Assembly (NCBI GenBank): GCA_026397015.1
Contig: JAPLVR010000003.1
Coordinates: forward strand, 128,001-192,000
DNA length: 64,000 nucleotides
Origin: Candidatus Iainarchaeum sp.
GTDB lineage: Archaea > Iainarchaeota > Iainarchaeia > Iainarchaeales > JAAZKV01
Direction of reading: 5' to 3'
Below the pieces are notes generated by a model. The model was not told the origin of the DNA. It saw only the letters and a program-made list of their open reading frames with translations, and did not search any database. Of the stretch, positions 38,692-48,560 are shown piece after piece. A program made the position numbers and the translations under genes. Position 1 is the stretch's first letter. The number at the start of each line of letters is the position of its first letter.

Positions 38692-38979
38692 ATGAATATG
38701 CAACGTGTACAAGAAACTCTCGGCAAAGTTGGGGGAAGAAACCTTAGTTCAAGCACAGAAGCCTTGCAAGAAGGTTTGGAATACATTGCAGGAGAGGACG
38801 ACCAAATTCCTTATGCAGGGTATGCACAAGGGTTAATAGAACGTGAACTTGAAAAACGCCAAAATAAGGAAAACATTGCAATTGCTAAAACAAACCTGTT
38901 TTGGCAAAAAGTTGGCATCATTGTTTCAGTCATTGCTGCGTTTATTGCAATACTTATTGCAATTTACTTAAAAAAATAA
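38692..38979 (+). CDS. Hypothetical protein with C-terminal TM
   Basis: 95 aa, GGAGG RBS. Confidence 0.6.
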   Translation: MNMQRVQETLGKVGGRNLSSSTEALQEGLEYIAGEDDQIPYAGYAQGLIERELEKRQNKENIAIAKTNLFWQKVGIIVSVIAAFIAILIAIYLKK

Positions 38980-38993
38980 AGTAAGTGGTTTTC

Positions 38994-39212
38994 ATGCAAA
39001 TCGTGTTGTGTGCAAGTTGTCAAAAAGGTTATTTGTGCTTCAAAAAGAAACATCTTGAAAACATTATTGAGAATAATGCCCCAAGAGAACAATTCAGATG
39101 CACAAACCCTTTGTGCAATAGAATTTTTTCTGCCGAAGACGTTAGAGGGATATATGCGTTTACTCGTATGAAACCAACACCCCCAGACCATTGGTTGCTT
39201 AATCAAAAATAG
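38994..39212 (+). CDS. Small Zn-finger-like protein
   Basis: CASC...CTNPLC; start at 38985 or 38994. Confidence 0.55.
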   Translation: MQIVLCASCQKGYLCFKKKHLENIIENNAPREQFRCTNPLCNRIFSAEDVRGIYAFTRMKPTPPDHWLLNQK

Positions 39213-39345
39213 ATATTTTAGTACACGTGCCTCATTTAAGTACAGGTTTTACATTAAAATACGCAGCCCTGGCGTGGGAAAGTTTTAAATATTAGTTAAC
39301 ACAATAGTACTTGGTGGTGGTGACGGCTTACGAAAACCCGCCACA

Positions 39346-40164
39346 TTAATTCTTATCAAAAATTCTGGGTTTTGGAAATAATATTATTCTAAAATCGTCA
39401 ATATTAAATCTGCCAACTCCCACCATCTTGGATTTTAGCTTAAGTAAATATTTCTCGCTTTGAAATTTTTCCCCGTAATTTTGTCTCAGCCATTGTGAAT
39501 ACAGTTTTTGATAGGCATAACATACTGCGTCTGCAAAATCAAAAAATGTTGATTTATGAGATTTATCAATGTTTAATTGTCTGAATACATGATTAATTTT
39601 GTCATAATCTGTTCCTTTGTCAACAAAATGTTCATGCGCTTGTGTTAATTCTTTAGCTAATCGCAAACTTGATTCAGAAAGATTTACACAACCAAAAGAA
39701 TTTTGTTCCTCATTTTTTATTTTTATAAAACCTTCAAATCTCTCTAAAAGTACCATATATGCAAATGGATAGGGATTAAGGGGCGTTCTGTATTGTTTAC
39801 GATGTTCAATATTGTCAATCACAACTGCAATTACATTAATTTCTAAAGATGCCAAGAAATCATAAAACTTTTGTAAAATATCTTTTCCTTGCTGTCTTGT
39901 TAGTATTCCTACATAAGGATTTTTTCTTGAATTCTTGCCGCCACTAATTTCTTTTATATTATTTAAATCAACTGAATGAATTGGCACATCAATAAGACTT
40001 TCTGGAAAATTCTGCTTTTTAAACTCTCGAAATCTTGCAATATAATCGTTTAGATGTTCTTCTTTAATTATTATGCCTCCCAATACAAAAAAGTCATATT
40101 CTTTTTTCCACCACATATCATATATTTTCGAGTTTCCAGATTCATCAAGATATAGGAAAAACAT
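39346..40164 (-). CDS. DUF3800 family protein
   Basis: LYLDESG, FFVLGG, IHS, FAD..CY. Confidence 0.8.
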   Translation of the reverse strand: MFFLYLDESGNSKIYDMWWKKEYDFFVLGGIIIKEEHLNDYIARFREFKKQNFPESLIDVPIHSVDLNNIKEISGGKNSRKNPYVGILTRQQGKDILQKFYDFLASLEINVIAVVIDNIEHRKQYRTPLNPYPFAYMVLLERFEGFIKIKNEEQNSFGCVNLSESSLRLAKELTQAHEHFVDKGTDYDKINHVFRQLNIDKSHKSTFFDFADAVCYAYQKLYSQWLRQNYGEKFQSEKYLLKLKSKMVGVGRFNIDDFRIILFPKPRIFDKN

Positions 40165-40397
40165 ATCAAGATAATAATTTTTTTCTTAATAAGCTTATCT
40201 TACTGCTGAATGCAATGCCCTTATTCAGCATGCAGACTTTACGAAAAGTCCTTTTAACACAAATCACATAAGCACTGTCTAAAAACGGCTTTTAGTACAG
40301 TTGCCCTTTATTTGGGCTTTAAGTACAAGCCCGAGCACAACAAAATCTTTAAATAACCAAACAATTTTACGAACAAAATCAGCAGCAGCAAAAATAC

Positions 40398-41141
40398 TTA
40401 AAGTACTTTCTTTTTTTTCACATATAATATATCTAAGTTTTTTTCCATTGCCCTAAAAGCGGTTCCATGGTCGTGACGTTTTCCTTTTAGTCGCCCGCTC
40501 TCATAATGCCCTAAGCGAATGTCAATTTTTACGACGCCGTGATACAACGCACTTATGAAACCCTTAAAGTCAAACCCTTGCAGCGCATATGCTTCTTTGT
40601 ACAAAAATTCTTCCTTTTTTGATTTATTAAACCTTGACTCGGCCTTAACAAGAAGCAGTGCATTCTTGAACTTTGTTTCAAATGCTTTTTGCAAATCACT
40701 CTTTAGCCAGTAACAAACAATTTCCCCTTCGCCATTAACTATGTTCAATCGGTCTTTTTTGCCTTTGACTTTTAGTTTTTTTCCATTTCGTAATTTAATA
40801 AATCGATTGTTTTCGAGAGTTACATGCAATTCAAGGTCACCACCCGCTTCTTTGCTGGGATATCCATATGTGTTGCGTATGCACAAGTTTATTCCTCGTG
40901 GCAGTGGGGATTTTGTAAAAAGAGTAACCATACTTGACGAGTTTATCCTTGCTGATTTTAATTCAAATTCAATGTGGTCAGGACCAGCAACATTGTTCTC
41001 TTTCATCCCAAGTTCATCTTCAAGGGTTTTTCCTACCCCCGTATCGCTTAAACGGTGAGTCTCAATATACCCTCTTTTCTTAATTTTTTCCAGCTTTTTC
41101 AGAAAAGCATCAAAAGAAAGCATGAATAAATTGAATTGCAA
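40398..41141 (-). CDS. MvaI/BcnI-family restriction endonuclease
   Basis: DTGVGKTLEDELG..ENN..GPD...ELKS.R, VTLFTK.P, HDHGTAFR. Confidence 0.85.
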   Translation of the reverse strand: MQFNLFMLSFDAFLKKLEKIKKRGYIETHRLSDTGVGKTLEDELGMKENNVAGPDHIEFELKSARINSSSMVTLFTKSPLPRGINLCIRNTYGYPSKEAGGDLELHVTLENNRFIKLRNGKKLKVKGKKDRLNIVNGEGEIVCYWLKSDLQKAFETKFKNALLLVKAESRFNKSKKEEFLYKEAYALQGFDFKGFISALYHGVVKIDIRLGHYESGRLKGKRHDHGTAFRAMEKNLDILYVKKKKVL

Positions 41142-41218
41142 TTAAAATAAAAGGTTTCGCAAAAGCGGCACAGAGGCTGGTCAGGGATTTAAAAACCATT
41201 AAATGGCAAAGTACTTTA

Positions 41219-41698
41219 GTGAAACAAATGAATGCAGTGACTGAAAGATATCTTGAAAAACTCAAAGCAGTGGAACAAACTAAAGAATTTCCATTTGACT
41301 TGATTTCAAAAAAAGTTTACCTCCTTTTAATGTTCCACAACACAATAAACGCAAAACCTAGTGGGCTTGAAAAATCATACAAAGAGGTGATAGATAAAGC
41401 AGGCATAAAGGATTATGCACCCATGCTACTAGACTATGCCTTGCTTGAAATAAGGGATTTTTATAAAAAGGCATGGCTTAAATTCAAAGAAAGCATTACC
41501 TACCCAAAAACTCACGAAAAAGTGCAAGTATTTAGGGATAATGTTGTTGGGCACTTAAAAGAGGATGTTGATTTGCTAGACCTTTTGAAGGAATACTCAA
41601 AAATTAATGCCGAGGGAGGATTCCAAGAAATTTATAACGAATGGACCATTTTCCGCAGCATGCTTTTTGAGAAAATTAATGCAGAAAAGGTTTCATAG
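41219..41698 (+). CDS. Hypothetical protein, possibly HEPN-like
   Basis: Helical; FRDNVVGH resembles the HEPN R-x(4-6)-H motif. Confidence 0.5.
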   Translation: MKQMNAVTERYLEKLKAVEQTKEFPFDLISKKVYLLLMFHNTINAKPSGLEKSYKEVIDKAGIKDYAPMLLDYALLEIRDFYKKAWLKFKESITYPKTHEKVQVFRDNVVGHLKEDVDLLDLLKEYSKINAEGGFQEIYNEWTIFRSMLFEKINAEKVS

Positions 41699-41729
41699 AT
41701 TTATTTTTTTCGGGAAATGGTGAATAGTC

Positions 41730-43031
41730 ATGGCTGATGGGAGGGTTATTGCATTTATTTGCGTTGTAGGAGTAATAATTGCAATTATATTAATTGCTTT
41801 TTTGAAGGCGTATATTTTCACCCCAATTGGAAATACACAGATTACCCAAACAACTCAACATTATCTCCTTGCCAATAATTGCGATTCAAACAGATTTATT
41901 CAGGAGTATGGCCGGCATGAAACATGGGGGCAATTTTCGTACAATTCCAAGGATTACTTTATCCTTTATTTTAACAATAACTGGCCAGCAATAGTTGAAT
42001 CAGCAAATGATGGAAAGTGTTATTTTGTGGATAATGAACAACAAAGTGAAGACCTGTTTCGCACGGCATATTTTGCCACTGCCATTTATTCAGTTGATTC
42101 AAATTTTTATTCGCCTTTCATTCTATGCAACAGGCCAAGTGTTGGCGCACAAAAAGTTTGTGATATTACCTCGGCTATAACAAATGCGCTAGATTCCATC
42201 ACTGTTAATTTGATTGTGCATGTTCCTGATTCGGCATTTGATGCAGTGAAAAGTAAACTTGAAGGAGAAGGTTTCACTGTAATAAATGTACTTAAAAACG
42301 GAGTAAAACTAGTAAAGTATGTTAAAGGAAGTATTGCCTTTACTGTTTCTATCGAGTTGATAAAAGAAACTTCCTGTGCATTAGCTGATGCCCAAGAAGT
42401 TAAGATATTCCACACCGCTAATGACATTAACCAAACATTTACCGATGCTAAAAATGCTATTTTTAACTCTGACACTTTGCCAATAATTGTTGCAACCAAC
42501 GAAACACTTAAAGATTTGTATTTAATACGAGCCCAAAACACCAATATCGTTAAAGGGGCAACTGATTGGTTGAGCAATACCATGGTTTCCCCATATTGCA
42601 ATTCTTTCAACCCAATAAATGAAATAAATTCTTTTGAAAATAAAACACAAAATGTCGATACGAATGGCGTTACAATGGCCACTCTTTATTATTCAACTTA
42701 TCTGTCGCTAAAAACAGCCGCTTATAGCCAACTGCAGATTGAAAATTCAGAAAAGGACAGGTATCAGCCCGATACCTTCAAATGGTTTTTTCTCACAGGC
42801 AAATCTATAGGATATACAACTCTTTCATCAGGAGCTAATAACATCGCAAATCAGCAATTGTTCAAATCAGCTACAAACGCCTCAAAGGATTTTTTGCCTA
42901 ATTACAAAGAATACTGGTGGGAGATCACCCCCTTAGACTACGTCCCAAGTTTGGCAGCAGTTATTGTAATTTTACTAATTGGGCTTATTGCGTTCTTGCT
43001 TCCAATGACACTCAAGCCAAATGAAAGTTAA
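41730..43031 (+). CDS. Membrane protein with N- and C-terminal TMs and a large polar loop
   Basis: 433 aa, GGTGA RBS, Asn/Thr-rich loop. Confidence 0.7.
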   Translation: MADGRVIAFICVVGVIIAIILIAFLKAYIFTPIGNTQITQTTQHYLLANNCDSNRFIQEYGRHETWGQFSYNSKDYFILYFNNNWPAIVESANDGKCYFVDNEQQSEDLFRTAYFATAIYSVDSNFYSPFILCNRPSVGAQKVCDITSAITNALDSITVNLIVHVPDSAFDAVKSKLEGEGFTVINVLKNGVKLVKYVKGSIAFTVSIELIKETSCALADAQEVKIFHTANDINQTFTDAKNAIFNSDTLPIIVATNETLKDLYLIRAQNTNIVKGATDWLSNTMVSPYCNSFNPINEINSFENKTQNVDTNGVTMATLYYSTYLSLKTAAYSQLQIENSEKDRYQPDTFKWFFLTGKSIGYTTLSSGANNIANQQLFKSATNASKDFLPNYKEYWWEITPLDYVPSLAAVIVILLIGLIAFLLPMTLKPNES

Positions 43032-43104
43032 GTTACTGTTATCTTCTTTGACACAGGATTAAACCCTACAAGCCCAGCAAAAATAGTTTCTTTTTTCACT
43101 TTTA

Positions 43105-43662
43105 TCACCCTTTATTTTTCATATAATCCTTCATAAATAGCGCTTTTTCCACGTCTCTGCAACTTAGACCCGTTTGTTTAGATATTTGCCTTACTCTCTC
43201 AAAAAACTTGATGAGCGATATGGTGCTGGAGTAATCTTTTACTTCTTTCTCACTGCCAAACAATTCCCTCCACGCGTGTATGTCAAAAACACAATACTTT
43301 TTTGGGTTATAAAATGTAAGCGCTACGCTGCACACGGCATTTCCAAATCCTCTAATTGTTTTGAGTAATTCTACTCTTACTTCGTCGCTTTTGCCTGATT
43401 CAAATGCTTTCTTTGTCAGAAGAATAATGCACTCCTCAGGAATCTTGTTTATGTGATTGAGTTCGGTTATGCGCCTATTTCTGTTTCTCTTGTCATCAAA
43501 CTTCCACTTTATGAGTTCAATCAGCTCTGCCTTTTTTATTTGCTTGTTTTTCTGGAAGTTCTTTGTTAACTCTTCTTCCGTTTCTTTTTCCGATAAGCTC
43601 TCCAGTTCAGCATATTTTTTTAACCATTGAAGAAGCTCTTCTTTGCTGTACTGTTTGTCCAT
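43105..43662 (-). CDS. HhH-GPD-like DNA-binding or glycosylase-fold protein
   Basis: KWK, L.TIRGFGNAVCS, VFDIH. Confidence 0.6.
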   Translation of the reverse strand: MDKQYSKEELLQWLKKYAELESLSEKETEEELTKNFQKNKQIKKAELIELIKWKFDDKRNRNRRITELNHINKIPEECIILLTKKAFESGKSDEVRVELLKTIRGFGNAVCSVALTFYNPKKYCVFDIHAWRELFGSEKEVKDYSSTISLIKFFERVRQISKQTGLSCRDVEKALFMKDYMKNKG

Positions 43663-43749
43663 TCTGCCTGAATTATGATTTGTAACCCCTTTTAACTATT
43701 GCCTGTTGGGCAATAAAGGTATTTATCGGGCAACAACCGGCTTTGTTTC

Positions 43750-44031
43750 ATGAATGAAGCGCAGCTAAAGGCTATTTCCGACCCAACAAGACTCAAGATA
43801 CTAGGATTACTTGCCCAAGAATCTTTGACCAACACGGAACTTTTCGATAAACTTGACAAAAAAAAGCTTGGACACGGTTTGAAGGGCAGAGAAGCCGTAT
43901 ACAAAGCCCTAAAAAAACTGAAAAACGCGGGTTTAATTAAGAGAACCTTCAAAGAACGAGTTGGCTACAAATATACCCTAGATTTTGCCGAATTAAAGGT
44001 TGAAGGTCGCCTAATCCTAAAAATCAAGTAA
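43750..44031 (+). CDS. ArsR-like winged-helix regulator
   Basis: LKAISDPTRLKILGLL...LKKLKNAGLI. Confidence 0.85.
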   Translation: MNEAQLKAISDPTRLKILGLLAQESLTNTELFDKLDKKKLGHGLKGREAVYKALKKLKNAGLIKRTFKERVGYKYTLDFAELKVEGRLILKIK

Positions 44032-44161
44032 AAAAACCAGCCAAAACTAAAGGACATAACCTGTTTTTCTTTTTGTTTTTGATTTCCTTTTAAAAACGCC
44101 ATTGGGGGTTTTTTATTAATTATTGGTTGCCAATTGCATGGTTAAACATTGGTTATTTTGG

Positions 44162-44902
44162 TTAGAGGTAAGGAACCAAGTACGGTCGCATGCCGACCAT
44201 TGATTCGAAAATATGTTTCCTAAACCCGAATTTTATGTAATCAAAAATTTCGTAGAATTCCACTATTGTGAATGATATTCCTTCGTACTCGCCCAAATCA
44301 TACAATCTGGCTTTTTCTTTCAAATAGTATGCCCTTTGTTTTTGAGGGATTAGTTCTGTGAGTGCGTCCATTAATTCTTGCCAATTTTCTTTTTCAGCGA
44401 GGATTACGGCATTCACCAGCTTACATTCGCCTTCTCTTTGGAAGAATGCAGGGGTGTGATAGTAATTGAATCGCTTACGAACATCAAAAAGAAGTGAAAC
44501 TATTGTGACGGCAAGGTTTTCGCCACAAATTTTTTTGCAAGCGTGATAATAATCTTCAACACTAAAAGATTCAGGCAAGTATTTTTTTAGCGCGAATCCT
44601 CTTTTTTTGCCTAACCAATCTAATCCAAAATTGAGTGCATCGGTTACTGCCCATGGGTCTCGCCGTTGAAGTTCAGTAAGGTCAAGGATTCGTTGGAGTT
44701 CTACCACAAAATAAATGATTTTGTCATCTCGCAGCATAAATTCTGGCGCATTCTCGACGAGACCAGTCGTGCTAGTTCCGAAGTATGGGTAAATGCTTGG
44801 TTTAGGCTCAAGCAGCCAAGCATCGCATTTCTCAAAGTAGACCCCAGTGCCTGGAAGTGCTTCCAACAATTTTGAGAGCGTGTTTGCTTCCAATGATACC
44901 AT
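44162..44902 (-). CDS. Hypothetical protein
   Basis: 246-aa ORF, no recognised motif. Confidence 0.6.
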   Translation of the reverse strand: MVSLEANTLSKLLEALPGTGVYFEKCDAWLLEPKPSIYPYFGTSTTGLVENAPEFMLRDDKIIYFVVELQRILDLTELQRRDPWAVTDALNFGLDWLGKKRGFALKKYLPESFSVEDYYHACKKICGENLAVTIVSLLFDVRKRFNYYHTPAFFQREGECKLVNAVILAEKENWQELMDALTELIPQKQRAYYLKEKARLYDLGEYEGISFTIVEFYEIFDYIKFGFRKHIFESMVGMRPYLVPYL

Positions 44903-44973
44903 TTCCTTTTTATTACATTAAGCCATAAATAATTTTTAATGGTATTGCCTGTTAGGCAACAGCCGTGGTTGAA

Positions 44974-45888
44974 ATGAAAATAAAAATATTTTTGGTTGTT
45001 TCATTAATCATACTAATTCTGCTTTTTGCCGGTTGCACCGAAGAGACTCCGCGCGGAAATGTAGCCGCACCAGGGAACAATCATCCAACGCCAACACCAA
45101 ATAGCACTGATAATACAAGCACAACCGAAGCGCCGACAAGAGACTTTTTTTTAATAGGCGAATCATACACAAGCGATGATGGTTTGCAAATAACAGTCAC
45201 AAGAGTGGCGAACATGGAAAATTGTGGTCGAGACGATGCAGGGTGCACAAGTGTTTATACTGAAATAACTAATAATGGACAAAAAGCTAATTCAGCATAT
45301 TTCATGCAACCGGTGATATTAGAGGATACAGGAAATCAAATCGAGTTAGCAAGCTATGGATGCCCAAATGAGTTAGAATATCGAAAAGACATATATCCTG
45401 GAGTTATACAAGAAGGTTGGATTTGTTTTGATAAAATATCAAGCGCTGCAACAAACCTGAAAGTCGTTCTGCCAATGGGTTATGGAAATAAAGTTAATTT
45501 GGTTTATGGATTACCTGCCAATGCGATTCAAACAGCCAAAAAAACTGCAACAATTTCTGTACAAGACCTTGCCGGGGAATATAATGGCTATTACACAAAT
45601 ATCACAGGAAATGTCGTCGTAGAAAATACTGGAGAAATAAATCTTGATGATCTAAAAGTTGGTCTAAATTTTAAACAAAATGGAGTTTCTATTCTTGAGG
45701 ACAAAGAGATAAGACCTTTGATATTATACTCACTTGCCCCAAACAAAACCGATCAAGCGGAACTATCCGTGATGGAAACAAAAAACATATTCCCAGGCGA
45801 CTATAACGTGGATTTTATTCTGTGGGATAAAACAGGAGTTCTCACACAAACAACCCGTACACTAAAAGTTATTCCTGGCACAAGCTAA
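44974..45888 (+). CDS. Lipoprotein with DUF4352/CARDB-like Ig domains
   Basis: Lipobox LFAGC, Pro/Thr linker, IYPG...EG.I.F, V.NTG. Confidence 0.75.
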   Translation: MKIKIFLVVSLIILILLFAGCTEETPRGNVAAPGNNHPTPTPNSTDNTSTTEAPTRDFFLIGESYTSDDGLQITVTRVANMENCGRDDAGCTSVYTEITNNGQKANSAYFMQPVILEDTGNQIELASYGCPNELEYRKDIYPGVIQEGWICFDKISSAATNLKVVLPMGYGNKVNLVYGLPANAIQTAKKTATISVQDLAGEYNGYYTNITGNVVVENTGEINLDDLKVGLNFKQNGVSILEDKEIRPLILYSLAPNKTDQAELSVMETKNIFPGDYNVDFILWDKTGVLTQTTRTLKVIPGTS

Positions 45889-46253
45889 AGCAACCCTCTT
45901 TGCACCCCTTATCTTTGGAGGAACATCTAATCCAAGCCACCTTTACTTTGCCCTGTACTCCTTCGGTAAAGAAAAACAACCACCACCAACCTGTTTTTTT
46001 AAAAAAAGGTACTTCCGTAAAGGAGAAATGCCTTTGGTAACCTAAATCAAACCATCCCCAAACAGATTGCTGTTGATTCACGCTTTCAAATCACAGTCAA
46101 ATCAAAAACTTTGGTTTATAAAAAATTATATTCCTAATAAATCCCTCGCCCGTGCTGCGTGCCTTCTTTCCCGTTTTTTTAGTGGGGTCATAGGGGGCTT
46201 GCCCCCTAGTGACCAACGTTTCTGAAGGGATTTCCCTTCCTTTCCTTTTTTTA

Positions 46254-47330
46254 CTAAGTGGTAAAAGGAGAAAAAGGATGAACCACTACGTAATGCCCCT
46301 TTGTAGTTCGAGTGAGAATGCCCCTCTTGCACAACCCGGTAAGCGCTTTTTCCCTTGCCGATTGAGAATACGCACGGAATTCACGAGTTATGTCTTCCGT
46401 AGTGAGCGTATTCCTCTTGTTTTTTTTAACCCAATCAATGATTTCATTTTCGAGTTTCTCATGAACTTTGGGTGGCGTTACAGATTCGCATGATGGCGTG
46501 TAGGTGTTGATAAGCTCGATGACAACAGCGTTTTTTCCATTGATGAGGTCGTCGCGAACCATGAATTTGAGTCCTTGGTTCAACCCGTCATTGTCGCGTT
46601 GTAGTCCTACTTCGAGCTTGTATTCGGCTATGTAGTCTTCTTCCTTGATTTTGCTGAGAATGAGCATGTTGCCTACCATTGCTGCAAAGTCCCCGCTGCC
46701 ACGCGCATCTCTTGGCTGTACCGAATCGGTGCTTTTAACGGTGTGATGCAGTAACAAGAAAGAACAATTGTATTTTGTGAAGAGTTCTTTTGCTGCATGG
46801 AATACCCTTCTAACGTCTTCCGCGCTATTCTCGTTTCCCTGCATCACCCTGACTATTGAGTCCATTATGACTAGGTCAGGTTTTACCTCTTTGATTACCT
46901 TTTCCAGCCGTGCCTTGCCTTCTGGCGTGGTCAACACAAGCCCCTTCATTGAAATAAACATCATGTTGTTGTAGATGTCTTCAATTTCGGAGGGGCTTAG
47001 CTGCATACCAGCAACAAGTTTTCCCAAACGAGTAGCTACACGACGCTCCCCGTTCTCTTCATCGTGGTAAAGCACCCTGCACTTTTTGGTTCCACGATTC
47101 AAGAATTGCCGACCCGTGGCACAAGAACACGCCATGAACAAGGCTACAAAGCTTTTGAACTCTTTTGCCTTGCCCACGAGCATGTCTACGCCCTCGTCAG
47201 AGAGCAGTCCTTCAATACGCCATTCCTGTGGAGGCAAAGGAGTCGTTAGCAACTCCCTTGCTGTAATGAACTCCTTTGCCTTTAATTCGGCGAGATTTTG
47301 CTTTAAAATCACATTTTGGTTTTCAGCCAT
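46254..47330 (-). CDS. AAA_25/RepA-like replicative helicase with C-terminal wHTH
   Basis: W.IEGLL, GKAKEFKS, VLY.DEEN, LVIMDS, LLHH..K, ARGSG. Confidence 0.8.
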   Translation of the reverse strand: MAENQNVILKQNLAELKAKEFITARELLTTPLPPQEWRIEGLLSDEGVDMLVGKAKEFKSFVALFMACSCATGRQFLNRGTKKCRVLYHDEENGERRVATRLGKLVAGMQLSPSEIEDIYNNMMFISMKGLVLTTPEGKARLEKVIKEVKPDLVIMDSIVRVMQGNENSAEDVRRVFHAAKELFTKYNCSFLLLHHTVKSTDSVQPRDARGSGDFAAMVGNMLILSKIKEEDYIAEYKLEVGLQRDNDGLNQGLKFMVRDDLINGKNAVVIELINTYTPSCESVTPPKVHEKLENEIIDWVKKNKRNTLTTEDITREFRAYSQSAREKALTGLCKRGILTRTTKGHYVVVHPFSPFTT

Positions 47331-47331
47331 A

Positions 47332-47709
47332 TTAATCCACCTTTGAGTTTTTTTTAGTTTCAGACAAACAGCGCTTATATGATTCTAACCGCTGCTCAAT
47401 TTCGTCATCTTCGTTCTCTATGCTGGGCACGTATTTTCTGGGTTTACCAACAAAGATTAATTGAGTACGACTCCCGTCACCACCTGCGTTTACAAAAAAG
47501 ACGCATTCTTTTCTGTTAACCGCGTATAGTGGGATACGGTTTCCATTGATTTCTTGCTCTGCTTTCTCTATCTCTTTGAATGTCTTCAAAAGCATTGGCC
47601 CCAAATCAATCACTTGTGGTTTACTCACAGTTAATGTGATTCCAATCTCGTAATTCCCGTCGCCAACTGTGTGCTCATGGTCTATTTCTGCAATTTCCAT
47701 GCGACACAT
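47332..47709 (-). CDS. Hypothetical protein coupled to the helicase gene
   Basis: 125 aa, GGGGTGA RBS. Confidence 0.6.
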   Translation of the reverse strand: MCRMEIAEIDHEHTVGDGNYEIGITLTVSKPQVIDLGPMLLKTFKEIEKAEQEINGNRIPLYAVNRKECVFFVNAGGDGSRTQLIFVGKPRKYVPSIENEDDEIEQRLESYKRCLSETKKNSKVD

Positions 47710-47817
47710 TTATTTCACCCCCCCATTATTTTGCCCTGCCAATATTGCCCAAACCCGGCTTTCTTCCAAGCCATGCTTTTTGGCAACTTTTTCCATTATT
47801 TTTTGTAAATCAATCAT
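47710..47817 (-). CDS. 35-aa ORF heading the replication operon (below the ORF-track cutoff)
   Basis: GAGGTGA RBS; MIDLQKIMEKVAKKHGLEESRVWAILAGQNNGGVK; stop abuts the next ATG. Confidence 0.5.
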   Translation of the reverse strand: MIDLQKIMEKVAKKHGLEESRVWAILAGQNNGGVK

Positions 47818-47900
47818 TTTGATTCACCTCGAGACACCCTGACTTTTGGTCGCTTTATAAAGAAGAGCATTATAAAAAAACTTCGACCAGTCAATGAGTT

Positions 47901-48560
47901 ATGCTTGAAGAAAATTATTTGCCTGAAAAAAGTTGTTTGACAGAAGAAGAAAAGCATCTAACAGACCCTGGGCGAGACATTATTCGTCAATATAAGACAA
48001 AGAAAAAAAAACTTTCGGCATTGATTATCTGCGCCCAGTTTCTTTTGAGTTGTTTTTGGACAGAAAAAAAGAGATTATTTTACAAAGCCCTTATGAGTGG
48101 AAAATACCCTGAATATTATGACAGAGAAGAAAAGGCTGAGGTCCCTTTAGAAAATTTAGTTTATGAATGCAGATTTACACTGGCAGAGGTATGGGATTAT
48201 TTTACGCAAAATCATGACTTAACAGAAGTTATTGAACACGAAACAAAATTGAGTAACAGCTACAAGCAAGAATACTTAGAGGAAGTAAAGAAGGGAAACT
48301 ATATGATACACGACAAGAAATTTGTAGAAAAATTAATTCTTACGAATAAAGAAATAACACCAATTGACATTACGCATCATAGTGCGATGGAAGGAACTAA
48401 TTCAGCTATTTACTGCTATGAACCAAAGACAGGCGCTAGGTTTTGGCATGAGACAAGAGGATTGGATAATGCTGGGCTAGAATTATATTTTGACAAAGTT
48501 ATGCAACCAAGACTAAAAAAAATGTATTCGGTGCTTTTATCCAATTTGAAAAAAAGTTAG
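47901..48560 (+). CDS. Hypothetical protein
   Basis: 219-aa ORF divergent from the helicase operon. Confidence 0.6.
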   Translation: MLEENYLPEKSCLTEEEKHLTDPGRDIIRQYKTKKKKLSALIICAQFLLSCFWTEKKRLFYKALMSGKYPEYYDREEKAEVPLENLVYECRFTLAEVWDYFTQNHDLTEVIEHETKLSNSYKQEYLEEVKKGNYMIHDKKFVEKLILTNKEITPIDITHHSAMEGTNSAIYCYEPKTGARFWHETRGLDNAGLELYFDKVMQPRLKKMYSVLLSNLKKS

